From a virus, in IMG/VR virus record IMGVR_UViG_3300030419_006839, positions 40,852 through 104,851 of that record: a DNA stretch of 64,000 nucleotides. One strand, 5' to 3'. How positions within the stretch are numbered: the stretch's first letter is position 1; every line of letters begins with the position of its first letter. The position numbers and the translations under genes were made by a program. This document shows positions 12,901-21,911 of the stretch, one piece after another. The notes under the pieces are model-generated. The model saw nothing but the letters and a program-made list of their open reading frames with translations, made no database searches and had not been told where the DNA came from.

Positions 12901-13914
12901 TTTGAAACATTTGAAACTAGCTTAACTAAATCTTTTGGATCTATGAATAAGACAAATTCAAATTTAAAAAATAAATATAGATCAATTTATGATAGTAATA
13001 ATGACAATGAAGTTGATATTTTTGATTTAGTATTGTTTTTTAGTAAGATGAAGGTTACTCCAGAAATCAGTCCATTTGTTTTTAATAGTTTTAGTAATTC
13101 TGATGAAAGTATATTATTTGAAGTTAAAGATAATATAATATACAAAAAATCAGGTCAACTATTAACTGGGATTGAAGATGTGTTAGAAGGAGATGGTGAA
13201 TCAAACATTGTAGTTTCAACAACAGATCCAGAAAACCCAACAATCAGTGTAAGCTCTGTTTTAAAGTCTTATCCTCAAAATCAAAATATATCAATTAGAG
13301 AAGCAGGAACTGATGATTCTAGAGAGGATTTTTTAAATGTAAAATATGATCATGACAATTCAAAAAGAAATATTATAGACTTATCAGGTAGTTTAACGTT
13401 TACTGATGTCGAGATTGGTTCTTCCTACACAAAGAAGTTAGAGTTAACTAATGTTAGTCCAAATATTGATTATGAATTAACTATTTCTACAATTATAAAT
13501 ACTCCATTTTATGATGAAAGTATGATATACGCACTAGATAAAGATGGAAACACTATATCATCTGATGCTATGCGTTTAGATTTTAGTAAAAATAAAATTA
13601 TAATAAGTCCAGATCAGGTAATAGATATACCTATATCTTTAACTACACAAAACACCTTAGAGAAATTAGATGAAGGTGAAAAAGGATTAGAAGTCAGAGG
13701 AACCAACGTAAGAATACCACAAGTATTATTACTAACAAATGAAAAAATAAGACAAATTTTCTCTCCAAATTCTGAAATAGGTATTTCTAATTCATATCAA
13801 ATTAGAAAAGCATACATTAAAATTGAATTTGTTGAATTAAATTCCTCAAATAATTCAAATAGAAATAAGACCTTTATAGTTTTACCAATAAATACTATAC
13901 CAAAAAATAATTAA
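3958..13914 (+). CDS. Giant (3318 aa) tail tip/adhesin-like virion protein
   Basis: S/N/T-rich beta domains; internal repeats 'TQL.SS....I.V.D......I.ID.E.M.V...S.N...V.R....T...H'; Ig-like segments ('LSFGNINNNQPKSKRIVVKNKG', 'LTFTDVEIGSSYTKKLELTN'); dockerin/EF-hand-like DSNNDNEVDIFDLV. Confidence 0.6.
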   Translation: MAKIPDKEIRENWSLPNLYEDENGNQKTKLKEQESISHYNFNPYGAKVNYDTGEINLAFDNNASSLFNDFIQANYIFSPRYQSPHSLVKDLFKNINSPIVKDENFEEIILKNKEKTWTSLGKVSYLDKNTYPNCLLLVEGTFSNVDNSNSTEVKKLYIAFGDQLFSQDLITGDLKLECRVWGNIYGLEKDTYGNVFIISSLNDECRTNVSDDNSFNTDDNTNPAGLGIVNIYKWCFDKNSFPNVENRLDYNKKLKRILTTYYNGRTDFGSLSDLGFLYNNYSPYQGKIDEDNCNLAKTTVGFFKDNVINCGQYFFPCQSYEYLPKQVSYDGGPTSTKITNTYVELEKLDSKVVETKIGGKEIELNIWNALKAAWNGEDPESIIKEKDYKEIEKIIKENTNTTRLELPSIIGMPNQGFSWFEDFLYIPFDKGSVFGLMRIPTPQVIFSDSVLDTLKLPKPFIKGNTNSSISNCDDDFISVSDVPNYTSYFNMLHTGITWLSSRGFDGKNCGLFSRTNLEVINKNLREGGDGAGDKYSDTYSDADKKTQTKSVNEHENTTLSGNNLTRFYGNRYHNKNMAAGKITEFYGDQSSNSYSGKIVEHSNLIGGGFKPSSTKNYYSFIIDTENVPKRGESGSTDLSLAPTGWTVPANIIHISKPVGINPSSIRKPLTHKLETFIYDSTLQELTNEMVDVLLTYNKSTSSVVPVNYILQAEDSSINTQTSKPNKFGAKTKERFWNMRTSEITPSNDILSYVKRGSESSDPFLIGSANEFSTSWGLGGGVQYGRSDGSHYYQIHRTIIGKKTSTDIHTRTTGIKHTKRFVLNNTRNGNYEYFDSSGTKQNNSESGGALTSVYTNSGSELNFDNSQYNGAEFFCINSSNNSADISLERSTPREVDSSDRNNLKLNDNQIFFNLPNPIHWGDVGSIIIHKNRLYFTVFDYKSTEPHQSWENSDRVDMEVSGKPAVGYELEAGIYCLNISVDSADSHGSSGFSKTNNCTKFTNKVNETIKKLSNDDQYYSNNLNPILENIPHTTTENQASGGSQSLDSGSGSSNYQGTSTSSELNYFKPDEQYDASGSMPITEINPDFTSSPVNKNPKDFPPIQFLLDPSKDSRQVRLKRISHSSYRGEYVEKMSLNRVFSDGGKKRRQLEVSQYSSPRSPFVSGDKVIYLAGNEFWRGSLFSSNVRFNPYSMDGKMLILDCKNTSKENIFFGKASPIDEFTNYVNAKGNNDAMKGFSSNSVTDSSGNTYVVSGKDALHLLSFSDVPKPKQNSSGSFKRKNSGYMLTLIDGKLELSTQANRDFLSKTINYNEELITDGNNFFNFSILKYGNELSTKIPLIDTNKENYYGIISKLASLVDAEFGIENQEPYFRNKDSNMLLSSDFGTSLTPRGGPLDTDNSILNKFLLDSEYTFWYVNGEIVSVYNQAYNGSSTNKIVERGLLGTEVKEHGQNQIVYRMKLYADDKNLISINNYSKDYDNIYNEVRVDFNSKEGFQDSIVVSTNNESSSYDRTFNYSAPFITEGSWAKGIAYRLLNRLSKEKYLIDMSIRINPELKNADFIVVNCGEYNISNKLFQIKSVSHNLTEHITNISAISVEEPTLSLSYYNGSSFVAYNDGIDAGSNKIAGNDETLIIKLTNEGNYDLNISDIFIDDISFKVFRYVNGVKSKEIERNDSDSGFKVGSEKDLTIPVGSSKEFYISFILPQESNFFRELSIVSNLEKNPISHFSIFGSIKSISLDVEGDLSFGNINNNQPKSKRIVVKNKGVNEIKLTNLEIKSGKQGTILNSLDGFSFNKINISNNQSTSINTSNVNITLKGEDSGSGEDFTIIEVVFDPSETVRNGRYRVDKTGIEGNIKLFIDAETTGGTSTTLASSLNSTSQQITLTDSSGFDVGDNIMIDTIEMEIVGKSGNTISVDSRDKHNDSIQTIPKSYNSGTSVINLKNTVSTKRINYSGKINSIPVSARIHANRIKLYGLDNLELPKQDGKYLLDNQITRNRFSAKLKSIKNQLKTNNSNANKIKIEEGRVYIGTDSGYQTGTTVPLFVSDSSNLQYNHDWESKTYKVKVNLTDNDQKNFKLLLHLDKENSGNRHITLNKYEISNSTNTLLARQRRNLENYTFTNVDEDGHIVLNYIFARTDNENLNLEERHNSLFHQDSDTTAVVSGKEYVIYHLGSGTDAEKETRWQNVGFDGVPFEGAYFTANTTTTMTDDAKVTESFINISLNLLHLSVDTYDSKNNSLTTVVDGYAINQWRKALSIDIKTETVFTLDRLSAMNVGDKFAIITETENIDGDVSNYSKEGFDSSNNNQKTDASIKSWQSGLPLSYGGSGNVRYIMVNLQDHKFKAGEQLLIYSSNGGKFDGVHDIHSVSPDIINLYGDSALSPSSGNLNDVLDTNVRVTKVHTIDRIINQNSFVVKDLGREDSTSEITLRNTVNELSTPNKDCNIVLLNDFTKQEGIIIRNEPDIITGTVVGEISELGDYFIKIRIDEDEELFPGGVDLTEENCIKFIGDSNSLFDGYFKYQTPIPIDKDTFKIKLPKLSLLNVAYSTSQKKYYAICKTTKKIDTLKTTDGDESTNREYNPYGLKNIIPFNEGDTVSIEGTSNEEYDNIKSIKINKIHDEIGLLTDGVMESFGGKSGEKTFYVELDLPLDTYSKTQARTQITQLSSSVGSTSATTFSVDDASNISQYDILFFSSSIFNEVEEIVRVTNISSNEITVERGIDGSTAETHNSGDKLFKFDNIISKGFLQKKSPHNGTKLNFVLEASNKQYGLKFSTNTSKNYDSNLATSFSSSQDTFSDGIGIKRAKILSSERDNSKIRIWFDVDTYPTTQLQSSITNSQNNIKVGNTDHISEGEIIKIDNEEMRVTSVSSNTLLMVKRAVNSTSAATHQTSSTVSNVFDSIFSVGENIIIYDTDNQDSHGTWSISGTDGFNYIEVTLGTGDSSFVINRGFIATTKQNLESSSIIKSFDSISLPKKTSSTSGDNICRPFETFETSLTKSFGSMNKTNSNLKNKYRSIYDSNNDNEVDIFDLVLFFSKMKVTPEISPFVFNSFSNSDESILFEVKDNIIYKKSGQLLTGIEDVLEGDGESNIVVSTTDPENPTISVSSVLKSYPQNQNISIREAGTDDSREDFLNVKYDHDNSKRNIIDLSGSLTFTDVEIGSSYTKKLELTNVSPNIDYELTISTIINTPFYDESMIYALDKDGNTISSDAMRLDFSKNKIIISPDQVIDIPISLTTQNTLEKLDEGEKGLEVRGTNVRIPQVLLLTNEKIRQIFSPNSEIGISNSYQIRKAYIKIEFVELNSSNNSNRNKTFIVLPINTIPKNN

Positions 13915-13937
13915 AGTTAGTGTGAGGTTGTCGATAT
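13912..13937 (+). promoter_or_regulatory. Class I (sigma28-like) promoter upstream of dnaE
   Basis: TAAAGTTagtgtgaggttGTCGATAT; same elements and spacing as the other copies. Confidence 0.7.
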
Positions 13938-13940
13938 TCT

Positions 13941-13969
13941 AGTAAAGAAATTGAATTTTACCTGTTATA
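13941..13969 (+). promoter_or_regulatory. Class II promoter candidate upstream of dnaE
   Basis: AGTAAA-N16-TGTTATA (other copies have N17). Confidence 0.45.
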
Positions 13970-14001
13970 TAATATAACTGATAATAACTAAGGAGTAATA
14001 A

Positions 14002-17000
14002 ATGGGATACGTTCCATTACATGTACATTCACACTTTTCACTACTTGATGGTTTAGAATCACCAAAACAACTAATACAGAGGGCTAAAGATGTTGGTATA
14101 GATGCATTAGCCTTAACTGATCATGGTACTATGGGTGGTCTTATAGATTTTTATTTTAGCTGTAAAGAAGAAAACATAAAGCCAATTATGGGTTCTGAAT
14201 TTTATTTTGCAGAAGATAGATTAATTAAAGAAAAAACTGCTCATGGAAATTCTAACTATCATCAAACAATTCTTGCAAAAAACATAGAAGGTTGGAAAAA
14301 CTTAATCACTCTGACTACAGAAGCAGCATCAACTGGTTTTTATAGAAACCCTAGAATAGATTTTTCCTTATTAGAACAACATAATGATGGATTAATAGTT
14401 GGATCTGGTTGTGCTGCTAGTATAATAAGTAAATGTATTGAATCTGATGACTTTTCTAAAGTCAAATGGCTATTTAACTTCTTTAAAAAGAATTTTGATG
14501 GAAGATTTTTTGCTGAATTAACCTCCATAGAAAATATATATGAAAATGGAGACTTAGCCGTAGATCAGAAAAAGATAAATAAATACCTAATTCAATATGC
14601 TAAAGAGTTTGGTATTCCTTTCACAATAATGTCAGATGCCCACTACGCTGAAAAAGAGCATTATGATGAACACGATCTTCTACTTGCAGTTCAGACTAAG
14701 AAAAAACTGAAAGATAAAGATAGATTTAGATTTGGAACTAAAGAAGTTTGGCTAAAAAGTGAAGATGATATGTGGGATTATTGGCATAGAGAAGGTAAGG
14801 ATCATATATCAGAAGATGATTTTGCTACAGCACTAGAAAATACTGTTAAAATAGCAGAAATGACTTCTATTGATTTAGAAGAATATTATAAATCATATCG
14901 TATGCCTAAACTAGATGTTAAAGATGCAAGAGAAGCTCTCTTTAATCGTGCTTTAAACAATAAAGAAAGAACTATGTTAATAAACAGGTTGTCTGACTCA
15001 GAACAATCTAAATATGTTTCTAGGTTAAATCGTGAATTAAATTTAATAGTAGATCAAGGATTTGCATCTTATTTCATGATGACTGCGGATTTAACTGACC
15101 ATATGCGTGAGAATAAGATAATGAAAGGTTTAGCTAGAGGTTCCGCAGGAGGCTCTCTTTTGGCGTATATGCTTGGCATTACCGATATTGACCCTATCAC
15201 ACACAACCTATCATTTGAACGCTTCATGAACGAAGATAAAGCGTCTATGCCCGATATAGATATAGACATAGATGATGAAAAACGACAAGAAATCTTAGAC
15301 TATTTTATAGGTAAATATGGAACAGACAACGTTTCTCAAATAGGAACTAGAATAACAATGCAATCTAAGTTAGCTAGTAAAGATGTTGGTAGAACTTTAG
15401 GTATTTCTTTCGATAAGTTAAATGATTTAAGTGATGATTTGGAAGTCTTATCTACAGTTAACAACTTCAAGGGAACAAAGGAGGAAATAAACAACATTAT
15501 TTCAGGTTTGAATGAACAATTAATCAGTTCAAATCCATCTCAGAATAGTAAGTTAACTAAGAAATTAGAATCTTGGAAAAAAATTAAAAATATTTCTGAA
15601 AAACACCCACAATGGCTACCTATGTCATCTAGAGTGTCTGGAAAACCAAAAGCAATAGGTAAACATGCTGCAGGTATTGTTGTGGCAGATGACTCATTAA
15701 AGAAAATATTACCACTACAACATGCTAAGAATGAAACATTGGTGACTGAGTGGTCTGATGGCCTTTCAAGAAAAGAATTATCTGATGTTGTAAAGGTATT
15801 AAAGTTTGATTTATTGGGGCTTTCTAATTTAGGTATAATTCAGAACACTATTGACCTTATTAGACAGAGACATAATGAAACAAAAAGATTAGATTTAAAT
15901 CTTTCTGACCAAAACATACTAAATTCAATCGTTTTAGATGATCCGTATGTTTTTGACAATTGTTTACCTAATAAATTAATGGGAGTTTTTCAATTTGACA
16001 CATATGCTGCAGAAAGAGTGCTTAATCTTATAACTCCTGAGAATATTATTGAACTTTGTGCATTAAATGCCATGAATAGACCTGCTGCTTTACAGGCAAA
16101 TGTTCCATTTATGTACGCACAGAGAAAAACTGGAAAAACAAAAATAGAATATTCCCATCCATTAATGGAAGAAATATTAAAGGAAACCTATGGATTAATA
16201 ATATATCAAGAGCAAGTCATGGAGATTGCCAATAAGATAGGAGGATTAACTCCAGCAGAAACAGATAAGTTTAGAAAGGTTCTAGTTAAGGTAACTGAAT
16301 CTAATAAAGAAAAAGAAGATAAAGAAAGGATAAGTTTAATTGATAAATTTCAGGTTGGTGCATTAGAGAAAGGAATGAGTCCTGATGACATAGTTTCTTT
16401 ATCAGAAAAGTTAATTTATTTTTCAGGATATGGGTTTAATAAATCTCATAGTAGATCTTATGCCTTATTAGCATATTACACTATGTATTTAAAAACTTAT
16501 TTTTATCCAGAATTTTTAACGGCATATTTAAATAAAAGACCAGAGAATTTAGATAGAGCTATAAGAGAAGCTGGATTCGATATGTTTTTACCAGTAGATG
16601 TGAATCAATCTAATAATAGTTTTATTTTAGATGAAAGTGGTAGAATAAGAGTAGGTTTTTCAGCAATAAAAGGTTTAGGTGCAGTTGCAGTAAAGGAAAT
16701 AGTAGAAAAAAGACCTTTTATGGACTTAGATGATTTAAAAAATAAGGTTGAAAAAAGAAAGGTAAATAAGACTAGAATTTCTGCGTTAATAAAGAGTGGT
16801 GCTTTAACTTCTTTGAAGGTGAAAACCAACCTAGAGTCTGAGTTACAGGTTTTAGGAATACCTCTTTGGTCAATTAAAAAACAACTTTTCTTGATAAAAA
16901 GATTAAAAAATGATCTTAGATTACCTGCTAGAGGTAGTCAGGTTTTAAACAATGAGGATATAGACTACGTTGAAGATGGAACTTCTGTAATTTCTTTAGG

Positions 17001-17214
17001 ATTTATAAATAAGATTGAAAAGAAATTTAAATCTGGAGGATATTTGGCAGAGTTATATGATGGAACTTCATATGTTTCCCTAGTTAAGTATTCTTTAAAT
17101 CAAAATGATACATACCCTAGATTGGGTCAAATAGTATTGATTGAAGGGGAAAAGAAGACATATGCTAAACACAACTCTACTCAATTAATGGTCAATAGGG
17201 TAAAGGGGTTTTAA
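14002..17214 (+). CDS. dnaE: DNA polymerase III alpha subunit
   Basis: PHP motifs LHVHSHFSLLDG and ALTDHG; RGSAGGSL; catalytic PDIDID; KFDLLGL; YGFNKSH. Confidence 0.97.
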   Translation: MGYVPLHVHSHFSLLDGLESPKQLIQRAKDVGIDALALTDHGTMGGLIDFYFSCKEENIKPIMGSEFYFAEDRLIKEKTAHGNSNYHQTILAKNIEGWKNLITLTTEAASTGFYRNPRIDFSLLEQHNDGLIVGSGCAASIISKCIESDDFSKVKWLFNFFKKNFDGRFFAELTSIENIYENGDLAVDQKKINKYLIQYAKEFGIPFTIMSDAHYAEKEHYDEHDLLLAVQTKKKLKDKDRFRFGTKEVWLKSEDDMWDYWHREGKDHISEDDFATALENTVKIAEMTSIDLEEYYKSYRMPKLDVKDAREALFNRALNNKERTMLINRLSDSEQSKYVSRLNRELNLIVDQGFASYFMMTADLTDHMRENKIMKGLARGSAGGSLLAYMLGITDIDPITHNLSFERFMNEDKASMPDIDIDIDDEKRQEILDYFIGKYGTDNVSQIGTRITMQSKLASKDVGRTLGISFDKLNDLSDDLEVLSTVNNFKGTKEEINNIISGLNEQLISSNPSQNSKLTKKLESWKKIKNISEKHPQWLPMSSRVSGKPKAIGKHAAGIVVADDSLKKILPLQHAKNETLVTEWSDGLSRKELSDVVKVLKFDLLGLSNLGIIQNTIDLIRQRHNETKRLDLNLSDQNILNSIVLDDPYVFDNCLPNKLMGVFQFDTYAAERVLNLITPENIIELCALNAMNRPAALQANVPFMYAQRKTGKTKIEYSHPLMEEILKETYGLIIYQEQVMEIANKIGGLTPAETDKFRKVLVKVTESNKEKEDKERISLIDKFQVGALEKGMSPDDIVSLSEKLIYFSGYGFNKSHSRSYALLAYYTMYLKTYFYPEFLTAYLNKRPENLDRAIREAGFDMFLPVDVNQSNNSFILDESGRIRVGFSAIKGLGAVAVKEIVEKRPFMDLDDLKNKVEKRKVNKTRISALIKSGALTSLKVKTNLESELQVLGIPLWSIKKQLFLIKRLKNDLRLPARGSQVLNNEDIDYVEDGTSVISLGFINKIEKKFKSGGYLAELYDGTSYVSLVKYSLNQNDTYPRLGQIVLIEGEKKTYAKHNSTQLMVNRVKGF

Positions 17215-17987
17215 TGAAAAAAATTATTATTGTTTTGTTTTTATTTTCAATTAGTTGTTTTGCAAAAGATCTTTATCATAATAAAAATCTTATTTATTTT
17301 TGGAATTTTGATAATGAAAGAAGATTTTTAATAGACGTTAAATCAAATACAATAGCACATAAAAGAGGAACTGTAAGGTGGATTCCAAGAGAGTATTCAT
17401 ATAATAATTCACCTGTTATTCATATACATGGTAATATAGATCCTAATTCTAGTTTTACAATACCTGCTAGATACCTTGAGCGTGAATTAAATGAGTGGAC
17501 ACTTGATTTTGAGTTTGGGGCTGGAAGTCATGATTTGGATCATACAAATAGGGATAATGGAGAATTAATGCCCTTTGGTCAGATACTCAGATGGGGTGAT
17601 TTAAGAATTACTTTTTATCAAGATTCTGCTCAAGGATGGAAAGGAATCGTGAGAATAATATATCAGGGTCAGAAGAGAACTATTGAGTATTTACGAGGGT
17701 TTAAATATTATTACATGGCAGTTAGATCGGAAGAAAATGGTATTTCAATTTGGCTAGATTCTTATTGTACTGATTATATTGAGATACCTAGAACTTCTGT
17801 AGTTGGTTTACCAATAGTTTTTGGAGGTAATGGGTTTGCTGGTAGGTTTGATGATATAAAGGTCTATAATGAAAGACTTAAACCCTGGGAAATAACAAGT
17901 AATTATTGGGGGAAAGAGTTAAATATTGAATCTAAAGACAAATTAATATTTTTATGGTCAAAAATAAAAAAACAAGGAGATTTATAG
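17214..17987 (+). CDS. Secreted LamG/ConA-like domain protein
   Basis: Signal peptide, 'LIYFWNFD', 'FAGRFDDIKVYNERLKPWEI', C-terminal 'IESKDKLIFLWSKIK'. Confidence 0.7.
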   Translation: MKKIIIVLFLFSISCFAKDLYHNKNLIYFWNFDNERRFLIDVKSNTIAHKRGTVRWIPREYSYNNSPVIHIHGNIDPNSSFTIPARYLERELNEWTLDFEFGAGSHDLDHTNRDNGELMPFGQILRWGDLRITFYQDSAQGWKGIVRIIYQGQKRTIEYLRGFKYYYMAVRSEENGISIWLDSYCTDYIEIPRTSVVGLPIVFGGNGFAGRFDDIKVYNERLKPWEITSNYWGKELNIESKDKLIFLWSKIKKQGDL

Positions 17988-18230
17988 AATGGTAAATACG
18001 AAAATATTTATTGTTCTTTTAAAATATGGTTGGAATGTGAGAAGAAAAAATTGGTGGTATAGGTTTCCATTTATTCCAATACCACCAAGAAATTGGTTGT
18101 TGTGGAGGTTTGAAACAGCTTGGGGGATTGATTCAAGAACATTCAAACTATCAGACTTACCTCCTGTTAATAAAATAATTAAAGATGTTTGGAAGTTTGG
18201 ACATTGGTTGAGTTATATAGGGAGATATAG

Positions 18231-18776
18231 ATGAAGAAAGAACGGGGAAGAAAAAGAACTAAGAAATATGAAAAAGGAAATGAAGCTTGGAATTTAAAAG
18301 ATTCTGATTGGAGATGCCCATCTTGCTCTAGACTTAAGGATGAAATATTAAGATTTGAGGATGGTAAGTGGATTGGGGGTCTTCATGAACATCATGACCA
18401 TTCAAATGATTGGCAAAGTAGGAGTGATGCAAGTAGGGTTAAGTTTCTAGCAATACATATTTGTGATCAATGTAATCATGCAGATGGATTAATTAAAAAA
18501 CAATATCCTGGAATAATTGATGATGAGTTCTCTTTCTCACCGATTCAAATTGGAATGTTTGTTACAGCTAGTCCGAATAAAAAGCATAGGATAAACTATG
18601 TCAAAGCATTAGAAATATACTATGAAGAAATTGATATGGGTATGGATGAATTTGAGATCTATTATAGAGATATGGTTAATGATGAAACTAACAACTTTGC
18701 TATTCATGCGATATATAAAAGAATGATTAAAGAAGGAACTAAGCCATCGACCTACTTTGAGAGCCAATATGTATAA
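18231..18776 (+). CDS. Zn-binding HNH-like hypothetical protein
   Basis: CPSC ... HEHHDH ... ICDQCN. Confidence 0.4.
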   Translation: MKKERGRKRTKKYEKGNEAWNLKDSDWRCPSCSRLKDEILRFEDGKWIGGLHEHHDHSNDWQSRSDASRVKFLAIHICDQCNHADGLIKKQYPGIIDDEFSFSPIQIGMFVTASPNKKHRINYVKALEIYYEEIDMGMDEFEIYYRDMVNDETNNFAIHAIYKRMIKEGTKPSTYFESQYV

Positions 18777-19749
18777 GATAGAAACTATTAAAATAAATAA
18801 TGTTCAGTCTTGGAAAAATGCTACTTTTAATTTCAGCAACTTTAATATTATCAGAGGAAGATCTAATTCTGGTAAAAGTGCCTTAATTAAATCAATATCA
18901 ATGGTTTTTGCAAATGAGTGGGATTCTTCTTGGTTAAGGCAGGGAGAAAACACTTGTTTCGTAGAAATATACTTTAAAGGTGGTAATTACATTAAAAGAA
19001 TTAGAGGAAGTCAGAATAGTGTTGAAATAAAAAACGAAAAAGGATCAAATAAATATACAAGCTTTTCTACTAAGTATCCTCAAGAAGTTTTAGATTTTTT
19101 AAACAATACTGACTACAACATAGGTTTTCAATTTGATTCTCACTTTTTTATAAGTGAATCTCCAAATAAGAGAGCTAATACGCTTAGTTCTTTTACTGAT
19201 TTGTCAAAGGTTGATAATATGTTGGATAGGGTTAAGTCATTAATAAATGAGAATAGAAGTAATAAGAAATTTGTAACAAATGAAATAGAAAACATAACTG
19301 ATAAAATAAATAAAAAAAATAATGAAAGTTTTCCAAACAAGGATGATGTAGTTAATCTAATAAAGGAATTATCACTTGTTGAAGAAATGAAGAAAAAACT
19401 ATCATTTAGGCAAGAGTTAAGTAACGTGAATAGTAATATCATATTATTATCAAGATCCTTACTACTTAGGAAAAGTTTTAAAAGGTTATCCTTAAATAGA
19501 GATTTAGTTAATTTAAAAAAAATAATGATGAAAGAGGAAGTTTATTCTGAAATAATAAGTAAGTTAAAAGTTATTTCAAAAAGAAAAAACTTTTTAAAAA
19601 GTACTCAAGAGTTGAAAGTTGTCAACGAAACCTTAGACTTTATTTCTTTAAAAATTAAAGAATTAGAGAAAGAAAAAGTTGGGAAAATTTGTCCAACTTG
19701 CAATACTGAATATAGAGGTGCAATTAGTAATGGTACATTTAATTCGTAA
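18769..19749 (+). CDS. SbcC/Rad50-like ATPase, N-terminal half
   Basis: Walker A GRSNSGKS, Q-loop region GFQFD, coiled coil ending in Zn-hook CPTC; no signature motif or Walker B. Confidence 0.8.
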   Translation: MYKIETIKINNVQSWKNATFNFSNFNIIRGRSNSGKSALIKSISMVFANEWDSSWLRQGENTCFVEIYFKGGNYIKRIRGSQNSVEIKNEKGSNKYTSFSTKYPQEVLDFLNNTDYNIGFQFDSHFFISESPNKRANTLSSFTDLSKVDNMLDRVKSLINENRSNKKFVTNEIENITDKINKKNNESFPNKDDVVNLIKELSLVEEMKKKLSFRQELSNVNSNIILLSRSLLLRKSFKRLSLNRDLVNLKKIMMKEEVYSEIISKLKVISKRKNFLKSTQELKVVNETLDFISLKIKELEKEKVGKICPTCNTEYRGAISNGTFNS

Positions 19750-20370
19750 AGAAGGATATAAGGAATATCAGGTTTTTTTATCTTCTATGAATGAAAGTTC
19801 TTCCATAATAGAAGTAGTTACTTATGACGCATTGGAACCAAGAAAAGATTCGTTACCGTTGTGGGTAGACACAAATAATGTAGAAATACAAAATTCAGAC
19901 CAAGTAGAATCTAAATTCCATAGTTTTATGGATAATGAAGGCACAGAAAAAATAACAACTTTAGGTGGGTTTCGTAACTAATGAAAGATCTTAGAGAATG
20001 GAGTATAATTAGCTCTGGTGATAAAAACTACATAATTGTAGATTATGACTATGAAAATTATGAAGCGGAATTAGCTGAATGGACTTTCGAGATAGGAGAT
20101 AAAACTGCTTTACAAATCGTAGAAAACATTCTAGATTTAAAATCTGAAATGTTCTTAGATATAAATCAAGTAAAAAAAATGGAAAGATTATTTGAATGGT
20201 AGGTTTATTATGAGTAAGAAAAAAGAAACTAGTGTTAAAGATGTTTATAATGACTATACAAACAATTACGGTTGTTGGTCTATATCTGATATAATAAGTG
20301 AATTGTGTGAAATAAAACGAGAAAAGAAGCTTAATAGTGAATATAGTTTCTTTTTTTCTGAAAAAAAACC

Positions 20371-20396
20371 TAAAGTTAAATCAAAATAGTCGATAT
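20371..20396 (+). promoter_or_regulatory. Class I (sigma28-like) promoter
   Basis: TAAAGTTaaatcaaaataGTCGATAT upstream of ORF 20437. Confidence 0.7.
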
Positions 20397-21005
20397 ATAT
20401 AATATAGGCATTTCAAACCTAATTTGGAGGGGAGATATGAGTATTGTTGTTTTAGAAAAAGAAGAAGGTGTAATAAATGTAGACTTTAAAAAAATAAAAG
20501 AAAATAGAGATAGACAAAAGACATTCCAAGAATTATTGTCTACAATAGATCTAACTCCACTTGAACCAGAAAATATACAATATCATGAAGAAATAACTTT
20601 ATTTCAAACAATAGAGAAGGATGACTGTGAAAATTGATTATTTTAAAAGTTTAGTAGGCAAACATATATATGAATTAGTTATAGATGGTGGTCAAACATA
20701 TAAGGACGTAAAAGTAGTTAAATTGCTATGGGACGATATGAATGATTTAATTTACTTATCCTACATTGAAAATAATTCAATAGGTTTTTATTGTGATGTT
20801 AAAACAATAAAATCAGTATCAACAGATGGTGTTTTATCCCAATGGTTTGATGAAGATGAAATATAAATTAGGAGGTGTAAATGTCAGACGGTCCATGTCC
20901 TAAATGTTCCGTTCTAAAGGAAAAGTTTGGAAAATATTGGTGTTGGGTTGTTTTTAAAAACAACAAACTTAAAACAGTTTTAAGGACAAAAAAAGAAGCA
21001 TTAAG

Positions 21006-21911
21006 TTGGGTGAGGAAAAATTGCGAATAGTATTTTTTACAGACCCTCATTTAAGTGTTAAAAAACCATCTTGTAGGAAAGATGATTATCATAATACAAT
21101 AAACAGTAAGTTAGACGAAATAATACAAGAGTCTAAACTTAGTGATTATGTTATAAGTGCAGGGGATATTTTCGATAGATATAATCCAGTGATAAGGACA
21201 ATGAATGTTTTTATGAATTTCATAGATAAACTTCATTGTCCTTTAGTTTTGTGTGCTGGAAATCATGATTTACAAGGAAATAATTATGAACAAATAGAGT
21301 CTACAGGTATAGGACATGTTTGTAGATTTTTCTCTGATAAAAAGGTGGTGTTGTTAAATATAGATAGAAAAAAATATAGTTTAAGTCATAATGTAGACAT
21401 TTGGTTTAAAGAAACTGATCCTATTAAAAGTATGAAGTTTTTTAATGTAGAAAAAGAAAAGGCAATTAATTTTGGCATTATTCATGATATGGTTATAAAT
21501 AATGAGTTTTTTGATAATTTTACCTTATTGGAAGATTTTGAAACTAATTTGGATTTATTGTTTAATGGTCATTACCATCCAGGGCATGAACATAGATACA
21601 TTAATAAAACTCATTTTGTTAATACTGGAGCAATGTCTAGAATGTCTTTAGGTAAGTCAGATATTACGAGAAAACCTAAGTATGCAATTATAACTGTGAA
21701 TGAGGAGGAAAAAAATATAGAAGTAGATTATAAGTCGTTTGCTTCATATGAGAAAGATGTTTTTCACCAAGTAATTAAGTCTTCATATCAAGAGTTTTTT
21801 GATAACATAGAGGAAAAAGCAATAGATAATGATGTTATTTCTTTTATGTTTGATGAATCAAACAAACTTAGTGAATCAGCTAGAAATGTTTTAAGGGAAA
21901 TATATGATTAA
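21006..21911 (+). CDS. SbcD/Mre11-like metallophosphoesterase nuclease
   Basis: Motifs DPH, GDIFD, GNHD, GHYH; start may be TTG 21021. Confidence 0.88.
   Translation: MGEEKLRIVFFTDPHLSVKKPSCRKDDYHNTINSKLDEIIQESKLSDYVISAGDIFDRYNPVIRTMNVFMNFIDKLHCPLVLCAGNHDLQGNNYEQIESTGIGHVCRFFSDKKVVLLNIDRKKYSLSHNVDIWFKETDPIKSMKFFNVEKEKAINFGIIHDMVINNEFFDNFTLLEDFETNLDLLFNGHYHPGHEHRYINKTHFVNTGAMSRMSLGKSDITRKPKYAIITVNEEEKNIEVDYKSFASYEKDVFHQVIKSSYQEFFDNIEEKAIDNDVISFMFDESNKLSESARNVLREIYD

Noticed and set aside
162-16829. Many short antisense ORFs inside the tape measure, giant tail and dnaE genes
   Set aside because: Shadow ORFs of long sense genes, with no motifs.
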